Assembly (NCBI GenBank): GCA_951804945.1
Contig: OX638156.1
Coordinates: 40,548,001 to 40,612,000, forward strand
DNA: 64,000 nt
Origin: Podarcis cretensis
Lineage: Eukaryota
Direction: 5' to 3'
The notes under the pieces were generated by a model. It saw only the letters and a program-made list of their open reading frames with translations, had not been told where the DNA came from and ran no database searches. Below, piece by piece: positions 12,701 through 24,949 of this stretch (positions are counted from its first letter, which is position 1; every line of letters begins with the position of its first letter). A program made the position numbers and the translations under genes.

Positions 12701-15700
12701 CAGGGTGATGGGCTTCTTCCAGCTGGCATCTGTTGAGAGCTGAAGTTTCCAGATATTCTTCAAAGACAGCCCTGCACACAACGCATTAGAGTCCAAAGAA
12801 GAAGTTGCCAGAGGATGCATAAAACTGAGAAAAATAGGAAAGAGCACATTTGCAAAGCCACATCCAGCCACCAAGGCTGCCTAGAGGCACAGCTAAATCA
12901 AAGAGCATTTATCCCAACTGTTCATCTGGACCCCAGGCAGCCCTCCTCCTTGCCCCTAACCCCCATGCTTAGTAGAGTGCCCCCCCCCTTCCTACAGTTT
13001 CTCTTCTGGGTGGAGTTGGTTTGCCCTGTTTCGGCCCACGACAACTTCTCAGGGAAGCCAATGAAAAGGAGAAACAGAACGGTGTACCTTCTCAACACAA
13101 CGTCAGCAAATTCTGGACTGATTTGCAGCAATGCTGTTTTTGACCTCACAGTTGCTAATGGAATTGCCTAGCGAACATGAGAAGAAAGGAGGCTGGCTTC
13201 TGAACTGGCCAGAGGAATAGCAACCATGAGCGGGTGGGCACAGGATGAGGAGGGCACCAGCAGCCTGGCCTGGCTTACCACTTAGTTCTGGCCAGTATCA
13301 GTCTGATCTTTCTCATGCTTTTCCCTCCACCCACACTCAGGTGCCCTGTGTTTTTAGTTTGTAAGCCTGAGAGCAGGGTCTGTGTTTTCAGAGACCCATC
13401 TTTATCTGAAAAATGAGCTGAGAAATATATAATAAAATGGAGTTCAGGTAAGAATTGCCTCTCCATTCCAGAACGCATGGTCACCCCTGGGTAAGGTTTT
13501 TGTGCTTCATGCTCAGAGTCCAGCTCTGACTGGGGCCAGCCTATGCATTCCATCCCTTTGATGGGAGGGAGGAGATACATACGTGAGCCATGTATCTTGT
13601 TCTGCATTGTTCCACTGAACTGTGGCCTGTGCACACTTGCCACTGCGGCACAAGCAGAACGCTGCAGCTTTGGGTGACTTAAACATCTGACCAAATACCG
13701 TATCTTCATTTCCTAGGGAATAGTTTCCCCAATCTCAAGAACATGCCCTAATCATGTTTGCTGGGTGTTGGTCTCGATAGGACTCAGAGCCCCATCAACA
13801 CCTGCTCGCATTTCTCTCCAAGTCTCTCTGAGAGAGATTAAAGGGAGCTGCATATGCAAACCTTGGTGCTTGTGTTCTACAATCTCTCGCTGAATCACCC
13901 TCCTTCAGACTTGAAGCTGTTCCTGCAGTAAGAGCCCATTGGGTGCTGATTCTGAGAATCCCGCCCCTGCCTCCCAAGGAAGCAGCTGACAACAAGACTC
14001 TTGCAAGCTGCTGCTAGTGGAGTGGAACCCTCTGATGGCGATGGGGGCCTGGGAGGGGGCGAAGCCTTGCTTAGGGATGAGCTTGGAAAGGCAAAGCCCC
14101 CTTGAGTTGGCTCCCTTCCCAACTCTCTGGAGCTGTATCCCAAAGTTGGAGGCCTACTTTTTCAAAGCATGTCTCTGCAATTTAAATGGTCTTTGACAAG
14201 AAAATCTTAATGAGTGTCAATGCACTAGGGGAGCGGGGTGGGGGTGATTTCTCCAGAGTTTCTGTTTGGGACTGATTGAATGACTATTCTTGGACTTGAG
14301 CAGAGGCCTTGAAATGAATTATTATTCTGTGCTGGAAATAGATCAAAACCAGAGCTTAGAGCCTTTAGAAGGGCTGAAAGAGAAAATTGATCGAGTCTCC
14401 CTCGCCTGGGGTAACTCGGGTTGCCGTTTCCCATGTCCTTTGAATGCACAGAGCTGTGAAGCCAAGCTTGTTAAAGGAGGCAGCAGCGGTAGTGGCATTA
14501 GCACTGGGCTTTGTGTCAGGCGTCCTCAGGCAAACCCTACAGTGCCACCACCGCAGGCTTGGCAGGGAGAAAGAGGGAGCCCATAGAATCAAAACAAACA
14601 CGGAGGGAAATCTGGCGCTCGCTTTCCAATGCAGAAGACCTTGGGGGTTCCTGGAGAGGTTAAGCAGAGCATTCCTGCTGCGACTCGCTGAGTCCCTGCG
14701 AAAAAGCTCCAGAAAGGGTCAGCAAGGCTGGGGCTGGGTGGGCTCTGAGCAGATATATTGGTAAATCAGAACCACCAGCACATCCTTGGGAATTGGCGAC
14801 AGGGTGCAACACAGGTGAACCTCTGCTGGCTTTCTGCTGTGAAAGCAGGGGCATCTCCCTCCCTGCACAAATAACTTTGCAATCACCTAGCACACCTTCC
14901 AGATATATCATTACTGCCACCACAGGGAGACTTTACTGGAATCGTGGGGAATAAATATTTATTCAAATAAAAAAAATTGATAGAAGGGAAACGAAGGATG
15001 AAGATAATGCCACATGCAAGATTTGTTTGTTTGTTTGTTTGCATTTTCCTACCTTACACTTGCTTTGAACTCAAGGTCATTTGTGAAAGAACAAGGGTTT
15101 GACCTCAGCCCTCCACTCTGTCTGGAAAGCTTGAAATTGCTTGTGTTAATCCAGAACAGATTGGTCTGGGGTGAGGGTGGGGGCGCTGCCTGGTGTGTCC
15201 CAGAGAGCGAGTTGGAAGGAAGAGAAACTAGGTGAGGCAGCTGTTGCTGCTGCTATGTGTGTGTGTGTGTGAATGGGTCCTGTAATAAAAAAGCTGCAAT
15301 ATGGAGCACTGCTCTCCTAGGATACTCCTTTTTTCTCTCTTCCATTCTGGTTTCCCCTTTCCAACAGGCAACCTAGTATTCCATGGCCTCTGAGTGGGCT
15401 TGCATCATTGGGCTGTTGGGGGTTGTTCTTTCTCTTCTCCCCTAAGTGTTTTTTCCTTCATAATATGTGCTATACCTTTGCAAGACCTAGGGGTATTCCC
15501 CAGAGCATTTTAATTCCTCCTTTGTTCCTCAGTGACCCTGTTTGCTAAAACCCCATTGGCACTCACCAGCTGAGTTCGCTGTTAGAAGGAGCGATGGGGC
15601 TTCTTCCCTAAGGGGCAAGTTCAGTCTTTGCCTACTGGGGGAAATCGTGACAATGCTGATAGGAAGGAGAACACCTTTGTAAAGGCTTGGTGCAGAGGAT

Positions 15701-15859
15701 GGGGCCAGGCACTTGTTGCATCCTAGATTCTCGCCCAAGATTATTCTCTTTGATATTTGGGGATTGTGGTGGTAGTATCCCTCCCACCCACCCACCTCAG
15801 ATTCACAGCAACCCCCTTTGTTGGTCAACTCCTAATCTCCATTTTTTGGTGCCATGCAG

Positions 15860-16034
15860 GCAACTCTGTCTTCTCCTGAATGCTGAGAACATCTTTCACT
15901 CGATGGCTGACATCCTGCTGCGGGAGGAAGACCTCAAGTTTGCCTCGACGATGGTCCACACCCTCAACACCATCCTCCTGACTTCTTCTGAGCTCTTCCA
16001 GCTGAGGAACCAACTCAAGGATCTGAAGACGGCG
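15860..16034 (+). CDS. VAC14: VAC14 coding exon (175 bp; ...[58 protein letters not shown])
   Basis: Recognisable VAC14 C-terminal (Fig4-binding) region; cag| acceptor and |gtatgt donor; phase joins the next exon. Confidence 0.97.
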
Positions 16035-16616
16035 GTATGTTGCACCTGAGAAGATGTGTCTGTGACTGCTGGTCTGTGCAGCCTCTTTCTCCATCCACCC
16101 TTGAAGTGACTTGGGCACTGCATGCTGGAGCTCAGGCGGCCATCAACACACCCACCCACCCTGTTTTTTAAAGCTGTCCAGGTTGGTTGTCGCCACTGCC
16201 TCTCACAGGAGTGAAATCAGAGCATGAGAAGAACATCCGCTTTTCCCCTTCCTTGCCTTCCTGGCATCAGCTGGCCATATGCAATTTTCAGCTGTTTTCT
16301 GCTACCAGCAGGACAGAAAACATAAATTTAACAAAGCCCCCCGGGGCGGGGGCAGGCTGTGAATGCCGGATCATGTGATTGTGTCGCCATCTACCATAAG
16401 TGGCACACATGGTGGTCCTGCTGTGCTTGGCAGTGTTGAAGCCCTGCCACCAGGACATCTGGCTCTGCATTGTTGCAGGAGGTGACCCCTCTTCCCACCC
16501 TGCTACCTAGTTTTGGGGCCTCTGTTTTGCCGGAGTTGCCTTTGGTTCCCAAGAGCGGACTTGGGAGTGGTGTGTGGAGGTGCAAGTCAACTCCTCTTAT
16601 TTTTTTGTCTCCCCAG

Positions 16617-16735
16617 GAGAGCCGCAACCTGTTCTGCTGCCTGTACCGTTCCTGGTGCCACAACCCAGTGACCACCGTCTCCCTCTGCTTCCTCACTCAG
16701 AACTACAAGCATGCCTATGACCTCATCCAGAAGTT
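16617..16735 (+). CDS. VAC14: VAC14 coding exon (119 bp; [40 protein letters not shown])
   Basis: Polypyrimidine tract plus cag| acceptor; [10 protein letters not shown] motif; donor |GTATCCTT. Confidence 0.97.
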
Positions 16736-17102
16736 GTATCCTTCTAGCATGGGGAGGGAGGGAAGGTAGCATGAGACAGCGGCTGTCTGCACTGTGGAGT
16801 CTAAGCAGGCCTCGGAAGCTGCCGCCCCTTGGCCCATAAAATACGGCAATGAACTCGGGCTGCCAATTAGAAGTGGTCAGCCCCAAGGTCCTTTACATTG
16901 CGGAAGGGATCTTCATTTTCTGAGATTCACCATTGCACATCATGATAGCAGCAGAGACCAGAACAGCTCCTATGGCTGTAAAAGTCTCTCAGATAAAAGA
17001 GCTCAAAAGTCGTAAGGATGTTGGGAGATGTTGGATGATGTACAGGACTGGATGTGCTCCCTGCCTCTCTCCCTCACCAGACGGATCTCACATAATTTAG
17101 TG

Positions 17103-17238
17103 CAATGTTTCTCAAACCGGGGTCCTCAGCTGTTGTTGGACTGCAACTCCCATCATCCCTGACCACTTGTCCTGCTAGCTGGGGGTGATGGGAGTTGTAG
17201 TCCAACAACAGCTGGGGACCCCAGTTTGAGAAACATTG
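17103..17238. mobile_element. Hairpin MITE (hAT-like) with inverted flanks
   Basis: TIRs CAATGTTTCTCAAAC / GTTTGAGAAACATTG; long internal inverted arms. Confidence 0.85.
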
Positions 17239-17892
17239 CACTAAATTATGTGAGATCCACTTGGTCATCTTAAAATGGGCATAGTGCAGAAACAGAGGAA
17301 AGCAGAGGGCAAATGGGGGCAGAAGAGACAGCAGAGCATCGTTTCAATTACACATCCTTTGGCTTAGCTGCAGTAGGATATTATTTTGGAGATTTATATC
17401 CTGCCTTGGATTGATCCTCAAAGCAGCTTACAATAGATTGCAGTAACACAGAGAGAAACCTAAAGCTCCCAGCCATGCAAAGCATTGACCACTGAGCACG
17501 TGGCACAACTTGCTGGTTAGGACTTCCAGGAAAAGGAGAGGTTTGAGAAGAGCCTATTTGTAGCATTCGCACAGTTCTCAGCTAAGGGCAGTTTCATGCC
17601 CAATGCTGCTGGGGGTGCAAACCGCCAGGCCCCGTTACATGGGGCTGCTTTTTGTCTGAAGTCTCTCCTATGTGCTTTGAACCATGTTTTAAAATTCATG
17701 GCGAACTCATCTTCAGACTTCTAAAAATTATATTATTGGGCATAAACAGAGTACTACAGGCTGTATGTGCATGACCAATCTCTTAGGTACACACAAGTTC
17801 AGATTCTCTTTTAAGAGCACTTGGAGTCTATTAAAATTACAATTTTAATCTTACTAAGTTTATCACCACCAGTAACTTTTAATCCGCTAGAG

Positions 17893-17978
17893 CAGCCTTC
17901 GCCAACCTAGGACGCTCCAGACATTTTGGACTGCAACTCCCATCAGCTCCCCAGACAGCACCAGGTTGGCGAAGGCTA
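17893..17978. mobile_element. Internally deleted hairpin MITE
   Basis: TIRs CAGCCTTCGCCAACCT / AGGTTGGCGAAGGCTA; flanks CGCTAGAG/CACTAGAC (degenerate 8-bp TSD). Confidence 0.75.
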
Positions 17979-18407
17979 CACTAGACTGTGTACATTTAGA
18001 TTTTTGCTGTTACCACTGACCTGCTTCTGCCACAAAAATTTTGAACATGGGCCTGCGTAGCAGAAACTGTCCGTTCCCAGGATTTTTTTTCCAACAATGA
18101 GGATTAAACAGCTTCTCTGTTTTTAGCTCATGTTTCCATGTTGAGAAGGCGGGAACAGTCAGATCTGGCAGAATAATCCACATTTTGTGCTTAGCATTGG
18201 AAAAGTGGCCTGCGGGTAGGCAAGAGTGGGGGGGGGGGGTTTCTTCCAGGAAGGCCTCTCTGTGTCCATCAAAAGGCAGTGGTGTTTTGCAAGCGCCTTC
18301 ATCATGCCATCTTCAAAGCCAGGAGCTTAAGAGAAGAAGCTTGTTCATCCTCTATCTGGTCTTTGGCTTTGTAGGGCAGCGTGGTGTTAGGCTGTGTGCC
18401 TTCTGCC

Positions 18408-18473
18408 CACCCCTCACCCTAGTGCCTTCCAGATGTTTTGGACTACAAATCCCATCAGCCCCTGCCAGCATGG
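18408..18473. mobile_element. Half MITE (left arm only)
   Basis: GTGCCTTCCAGATGTTTTGGACTACAAATCCCATCAGCCCC matches the family arm. Confidence 0.7.
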
Positions 18474-18504
18474 GCAGATTAGGCTCCTTAACAGCCGTGC
18501 TCAG

Positions 18505-18584
18505 TGGTGACCTGGAGGTCACAGTGGATTTCCTGATTGAGGTTGACAAGCTGGTCCAGTTGATCGAGTGTCCGATTTTTACAT
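18505..18584 (+). CDS. VAC14: VAC14 coding exon (80 bp; GDLEVTVDFLIEVDKLVQLIECPIFT)
   Basis: Conserved EVDKLVQLIECPIF motif; donor |gtaagc. Confidence 0.97.
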
Positions 18585-19031
18585 GTAAGCTCTCTTTCAC
18601 TCTCGCCGAAGTGTGTATGTGTGTTCGCTCGCATTGGCAGGAGGGTTTGGGGGGCTTTGCACTTTGTGGTGCATTAGCATTGACACACGTACCCGAGGCC
18701 CCTCTCCTCCCCCACTCCCTCATTGCAACTGGCGACGTGGCCCAAATAAATAGAGCAGAAGTTATGAGCCTCTTTGCTGTGAGACTTTCTGGCTCATGTG
18801 CCCATTAGGGCCATCCAAAAGCAGCAGCAGCGTTGCAGTGGATAGGAAGCAGAATGTAGGTTAGGGACACAAACTGCGTTTGCTCAGGGGAGACCAAGGG
18901 AAACAGGGGATGAAAAACCAGCCCCAGGGGGGAAGGTGGGAGGAACTGAGTGGGTCTGCTCTGGAGAAGAAAAGGATAACATACTTCAAGTCCCTGAGGG
19001 CCCCCTGCATAAGAGAAGTGAAGAGCCTTCT

Positions 19032-19034
<3 letters not shown>

Positions 19035-19061
<27 letters not shown>
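19035..19061 (+). repeat. (CTG)9 microsatellite
   Basis: Direct inspection. Confidence 0.95.
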
Positions 19062-19062
<1 letters not shown>

Positions 19063-19209
19063 CCCAGAGAGGACAGAGACTTGTTCACATGGGCTTAAGT
19101 AATAGCTGGGTAGCTGTTAGCTGAACATTAAGAGGCTTGCTGGGAAGAGCTGTTGGACAAGGCGATTGCAGGGTGGGGTGGAGGCCCTCCTTAGCTGTCT
19201 TCCTTCAAG

Positions 19210-19427
19210 CAAAGGCTACTAGCCACGATGGCCACGCTCTGCCTTCCACAGCTGGAGGCTGTCATGCTTCTGAATATTGGTTTGCTGGGAACCACAGGAG
19301 AGGAGAGTGCTCCTGTGCTCAGGTCCTGCTTGCAGTTTACCTATAGGCATCTGGGTGGCCATGGTGAGAACAGGATGCTGAACTAGACAGATTGTTTCCC
19401 TGATCCAACAGGCTCTTCTTATGTTCT
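19210..19427 (+). mobile_element. CR1-type LINE 3' end
   Basis: Ends GAGAACAGGATGCTGAACTAGA...CTGATCCAACAGGCTCTTCTTATGTTCT; reverse-complement homologue of 20032-20200. Confidence 0.75.
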
Positions 19428-20031
19428 CAGAGGCTGGACAAATCCCTCTTTGATCTGCTGGGGATGGAGGCTCCAGCTCTCAATCTCCTGCATTGAGCAG
19501 GCAAGGGGTTGGACTACCAGGTGGCCTATAGTCCCCCACAAAAAAGACCCTTTTTGAGTCTAGGCTCTGGCCTTTGCGTTGGAGGGTGGGTGTGGAAACC
19601 CAGGTGGCAAGTTCCACTTTGGAATGTGCTTCTGAGCTACCTGTTGCTACAGAAGAGAGAGCCTCAGCAGCAGAAACAACGATTTCTCCCACTCCTGCTG
19701 AACCGTGTGACCTTGTACCATGCCCTCCAGAGTTTTCCTTTCCTTGCAGCTGCAGTAGCCACCAGTGTAGTGGATGTCAACACAGGAGCCACTTGCGGTG
19801 ATGGTTGCAAGGAGCTTCTGTTCCATGCAGAAGCCCCCCCTCGTTCTTTTGAATTGCTGGGATCTTCACTGGGGGTGGGGCACTGCTGTCTCCCACCCAT
19901 GCCTGCCCAACTGGGCTGTTGCAAGGCAACTATCTCACTCTGGAGGGGACCTGCAAGGCAATCTGGAGCAGCACCCTGGCCTACACCAAGATCCCCTTTT
20001 CCAAATAAAGCCTCTCCTGTCTGCTGCCCCT

Positions 20032-20430
20032 CATAAGAAGAGCTCTGCAGCTGGATCAGGCCAAAGGAGGCCCATCTAGTCCAGCATTCTGTTCTCACAG
20101 CAGCCATCAAGTTGCTTCAGTGGAAAGTCCACAGCTGCACTCTTTCCATGTGATTCCCAGCAACTGGTATTCAAAAGCAGGCTGCTTCTGATTCTGGAGC
20201 TAGTAAGCAGCCATTGTGGCTCGGGGCCATTGATGGCCCTATCCTCCTCTGTGAATTTGTCTAATCTTTTAAAGCCATCCAAGTTGGTGGCCTTCACAAC
20301 ATCATGTGGAGCAGATTCCATAGTTTAACTGTACACTCGGTGAAGAAGAACTTTTCTTTGCCTCTCCTGAATCTCCCTCATTGGATCAGCCTCATTGGAT
20401 CAGTTCTAGTATTATGGGAGAGGAAGAAAA
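20032..20430 (-). mobile_element. CR1-type LINE 3' end including ORF2 C-terminus
   Basis: Minus-strand translation PHDVVKATNLDGFKRLDKF typical of the CR1 ORF2 end; tail CATAAGAAGAG...GGATCAGGCC...CCCATCTAGTCCAGCAT. Confidence 0.85.
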
Positions 20431-21459
20431 AGATCTCCCTGTCCGCTTCCACCCTCCAGCTGCCTTCAAGGAAGGTGACACCACAGCTTCCCTTGGCAGC
20501 TCAAGACGCCCTTGCATTGTCCTGCTAGAACAACCACCTCCATGTCCTTTAAACCCTTCACACCCTGTGACTTTTTTGCTATGGATACACTTGGCTACTG
20601 TGAGGTGAGTCTTTCAGGTGGCTCAACCTAAACTTATGTCCAGCCTGTCCTTGACTGTGTTGCCTTCTCCAGCTTTCAAGCCTCTCCTCTGATCTCCTCT
20701 TCCCTTGTCAACCTCCTTCGTGAGCTCTACTACTCAGAACTTTAATGTCCCCTTTCCCCCTTTCTGGCAAGATAGCATTTGGTTGTTTTTCCTGTTGACC
20801 AGAACTCAGCTTGGTAGTCCAAGGTAACAGTGCCAGTTGATGTGGGAAAAGGAAGCCAAGAAGCTTGTTCCCATGCAGACTATTGAGCCATTGATCAGGT
20901 TGTCGTGTGACCTTCTGAGTCAGCCCTTGGGCTCACATCCCTGCCTGGACCTCACACTGTCTCCTGAACCTGCTGCTTCAATGGTAAACCTTTCTCCATC
21001 AGCTGGCTTTCCTGTTCCTATGATACCCCATAGAGCAGGTGTTAAACTCGTCAAATCCCTTTGCCTATGCTACCAAAGAGACATGCATGCACACAACACT
21101 TCTTCTTGCACAAAGGCAGTCCCACTGTGACTCTCCCCACCCCCCACCCCCCACCTCCGAGATTCATTACCATTTCACTGTCCAGTGTCCCTCTCCTATT
21201 TCTGGGTCTGTTTGCTGAGTGGATGGCAGCATCTCTGTGCTTTCCATGGCAGAAAACTCCCCATTTTCCACCAGGGAGACACAAATGGTGTGATGGCATG
21301 TGGCTGCAAGCATGCATGCAAAAGGCAAGAAGATGGATGGAAGAGAAGGACTCAGAGGTTCTGTGCACCCTGCCTCTCCCTCCCTCCCTCCTTCCCCCTC
21401 TTTGGACAAAGGTCAGCAGCTTTCACAGCCCTGCTTACCCTTCCCTTCTTTGCTTGCAG

Positions 21460-21610
21460 ATCTCCGCTTGCAGCTGCTGGACGTGAAGAACAACCCTTAC
21501 CTCATCAAGGCTCTGTACGGGCTTCTGATGCTCCTGCCCCAGAGCAATGCCTTCCAGCTCCTCTCCCACCGCCTACAGTGCGTGCCCAACCCAGAACTCC
21601 TGCAAACAGC
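21460..21610 (+). CDS. VAC14: VAC14 coding exon (151 bp; [50 protein letters not shown])
   Basis: [15 protein letters not shown] signature; pyrimidine tract plus cag|, donor |gtaagt. Confidence 0.97.
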
Positions 21611-23454
21611 GTAAGTTGCCAACACATCCTTCAGGGGCATCCTTCAGAGCAACCTGTGACTTGCCCCACTTCCTTTGCCACCTGCCCTACAAAGAGGCAG
21701 GGCTTCTGCAGAGGCTGTCTTGCTGCAGGACTGTCCAGCAACAAAGGGGTGGGGAGGACTCCCTGGGCGCAGGAGAGCACGTATAAAATGCTATTTGTTG
21801 TTAGCACTAAGGGCAGGGTGCACATTTTCAAGATAATAACACTAGGGCAACAATAATAATAATGCTATGATTTTTCTGTCCAGTGCACGAGGCAGGAAGG
21901 TGTGGACTTATCCAGCACGCTGCCTTGTTGTGGTACCATGAGGAGAGAAGCCATGTCTGTCTATGCCCCTCACCCTCTCTCCTATGCAGCTACTGCATTA
22001 ATCCCAGAGCTTTATGTCGGGTCAGGAGCTGGCCCCACTTGCTAGTTCTCCGCCATCACATTGGCCTTCCTTTCCTTCTAGTACACCTCATGGTGGCTTT
22101 GGCAGGACTTTCAGAGCTCTCTGCATCTGCCAAGTGCTGGTTGTAGAAGACTGGAGTTCTGGTTGGCTGGTGGTGCTCGTTGATGGTGGGGGCAGGTGAC
22201 CATTAGGTGCAGATCTGCTTGTGGACTTGGTTGTGTGGATGCACTCAGTCAGGGCCTGTGTTTTGAGTAGACAGCACTTCCCATGACAGTTTCTGTTTGT
22301 TAGCAGAAGGAGTGTCTGTTGGCCCCGTGACTCATGTAAGCTGGCTGGAGTAAGAGAAGGAACAGTAGTTCGTTTTCAACAGCAATGATGGAGCGTCCGC
22401 CTGGCCTGGCACCACTACTGGGCATTCCTGTGTGTGCCGACAGTGCCCAGCTCTGACTTCAGCACAGCGGGAAGGGGAAGGATCCCTGTGCATGGCCCAG
22501 ATCCTGCCAGCCAGCCATGCCTCACCCCACCCCCAGGCAAACATAATTTGCATGGGTTTTCTAGCCTGGGCTCTACCTTAAGTTGAAGCTCCCCTGCTGG
22601 CCTTTCCTGTCCCTTGAGCTTGTCACCTTCAGGCCCAGCTGAGGCCCACATCTGTTGCCCTTCAGACTTCTTGCAGAGTCCCTCTGTGTGGTGGTGGTGA
22701 CTGGCCTCTTGCCTCTCTTTCCCCCATGGCAGAGAGGCTATAAGGGAGCAGCGATCTGAACCGTCCAGTTTTCTTCTGTGGCTCTTCTGCTCCAGGGGCT
22801 GTAGTCTTTGAGTTGGGTGGAGGGCTGCAACTCTCAGCAGGCAAGGCCCCCAAGGGTGTGCCGAGAGCTGTCCCTGGAGCTGTTTTGTGAGAGGGGGGAG
22901 GACTTCAGGTCCATCCTCCTTGCCCTGCACAGTGAAGCACTTTTTGAGTTTTGTCTATATTTGGTCAGCCTCGGAGGGCTGTGCCTCATCCACAGGCATT
23001 TGGCATCTGGGATGGAAACTTTCCCTTGTGGTATTGCCATGGAAACAAGCAGAGCCATGGAGGAGATGGGAAGGAGCCCGTTCCCATCAGCATGCCAGGG
23101 GAGCTTGTTTAGGTCTCCTTGGGGATCCTGCATGAACCACAGGCAGCAAGAAGCCAGCTCTCTCCTCCTCCTCCTTCTCCAGGCGCAGTGTGCCTGCTGT
23201 TGAGGCTGTTGTCCGGCAGGGCAAAGCAGGGTGAGCCACCAGCTGTCTCCTCCCCTTTTCTCCTCTTCCCTTCGGGTACAGCAGCTGCATTTGGAAGGCT
23301 CCTTCCCTTTCAGGAGAGCTTTCTCTTTGCCGGGATTCTTGCACATAAGGGCAGCAGCTTTTGGTGCTGCTGTTTTTCAAAGAGGCCCAGTGCATGCACT
23401 GGAGAATGGAGTCCATGTCCAAAGATCCATTAAAAAAACAACAACTGCCTAAAC

Positions 23455-23603
23455 CAGGGAGCCAGGTGTTGGACTCCAAATCCCATCAGCCCCAACAGCC
23501 AGCATGGCATCACATAACCAGGAATGATGGGAGTCCAGTAATACCACCTGGAAATGGTACGTTCTGGAAATGGCTCCAGGAGGGGCTGCACTTCTACTCC
23601 CCT
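23455..23603. mobile_element. Hairpin MITE, degenerate
   Basis: GGACTCCAAATCCCATCA / TGATGGGAGTCCAGTA arms. Confidence 0.6.
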
Positions 23604-24949
23604 CTTCATATCTTAAAAATCTGCTCTGTTTCATGGGCAAGTTGCTGCTGTGCGGCTGTTGTGAATGCAGGTCACTGACCCTCTTTGTGTGGGCTTTGGG
23701 CCAAGAGTAGTGACAACTGTTGGGGCCCTTCCACCACCCCCACCCCACCCAGCTCTATGAAGGCTGCAGCAGGAAAGGCTCTCACCTCCTGGAAGGCCCT
23801 TATGTCAGAGTCTCCTGAGCTGGCCAAGAAAGGGTGGGGTGGGAGGAAGGAGCTCTGGCACTGGGGCAAAGATGAGAGTGAGGGGTGGTCAGTCTTCTTT
23901 AGCCTGTAAATGACCACGAGGGCCTTCCTTGTCAGTTGTGTGTAGAGGAGACCTGTAGGAAAATAGCAATCCATTTAAGTAACAGGGAAAGTGAGAGTTG
24001 CTGTGTGGATTTTACCAGGGTAGGGGGTGGGGGCGGGGAGATGTCTGCCCCTCCCCCATTTCTTTAATGTCAGTTCCTGCCCCAGATTGGTGTCACTGTG
24101 ACACAGCCCCATTCCACCCCCAGGCTTGGGGGTCCTGGAGGGTCACTTTGCGTGTGAGCTGTTCTCTTCTGTGTATTTTCTATGCTGTTTTTCTCCCATG
24201 ACTGCTGAATATTCGGAGCTGTCAGACAGACTGAACATCTGATTAACTGTGACCTACATTCCATTAAACATTGGCAGTGACTTTCATAACAAATGCAGCT
24301 GAAAAGCATCCCCTCCCCGAATTAGCTGGAGATGGGCAGCATTAACTTGCCTTCCTACTGCCCCCCAACCCTTCCCTGGTGTTTTTTTCCATTTCATTGC
24401 AGGGATCAGGTAGCAGATCTCTTCCCAAATTCTCCTTTTGCAGAAAGAAAAGTTCTGCACTGAATGGGAGAGGGGAGGGAAGGGGGACCTTTTTGACCCA
24501 GAGGGCAAGTTCATTATCTCCCCACACCCCCAGTTGGCAAAGGTGACCACCCACCAGTCAATCGCTTGATGTCATTAGAAGCCCTAATTGAATCACCAAG
24601 ACAGAGGCTGTTTGAGGAGATGGTGTCCCAGATCTTCTGGGTGGGTTTACACTCCTCTTGAGGAATCGTGTGTGCAGATTGTTGGAGCTTGTTGATCTAG
24701 CTGCTGCCACTATAGAAGCACAAGGGACCTCAGTGGCACATCTTGTCTTTCGCCAGCTTTGTGTGCCAGCCTCTCCTGACAAAGAGTCTAGCCAGAGATA
24801 TTTATGCTCCTGTAATCTTCTGTTTAGACTAGTGCTGTGCCCTACATGTGGGGCTGCCCTTGAAGATGGGTCAGCTGCTGTAGCTGGTACAGAATGCAGC
24901 TATTTTGTGATTTCACCCCCCTCTCCCTTCTAAAGCAGTATTTGAATTA

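Larger units (their letters stand above)
16736..18504 (+). other. VAC14: U12-type (minor spliceosome) GT-AG intron of VAC14
   Basis: 5' splice site GTATCCTT; branch point TCCTTAAC at 18485-18492, 12 nt before the end of the CAG acceptor; no polypyrimidine tract; frame restored as TT|T = Phe. Confidence 0.93.

Noticed and set aside
1-15859. Additional VAC14 exons or a nested gene
   Set aside because: I could not recognise the preceding VAC14 exon or any other protein; a small or non-coding exon cannot be excluded by eye
16614-16619. CAGGAG tandem (NAGNAG) acceptor
   Set aside because: GAG is a very poor acceptor; no other evidence
18185-18808. 207-aa ORF
   Set aside because: Only 18505-18584 is VAC14 exon; the rest is intron and MITE read-through
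21185-21856. 223-aa ORF overlapping a VAC14 exon in another frame
   Set aside because: Shadow frame of a GC-rich exon plus intron; no independent coding signal
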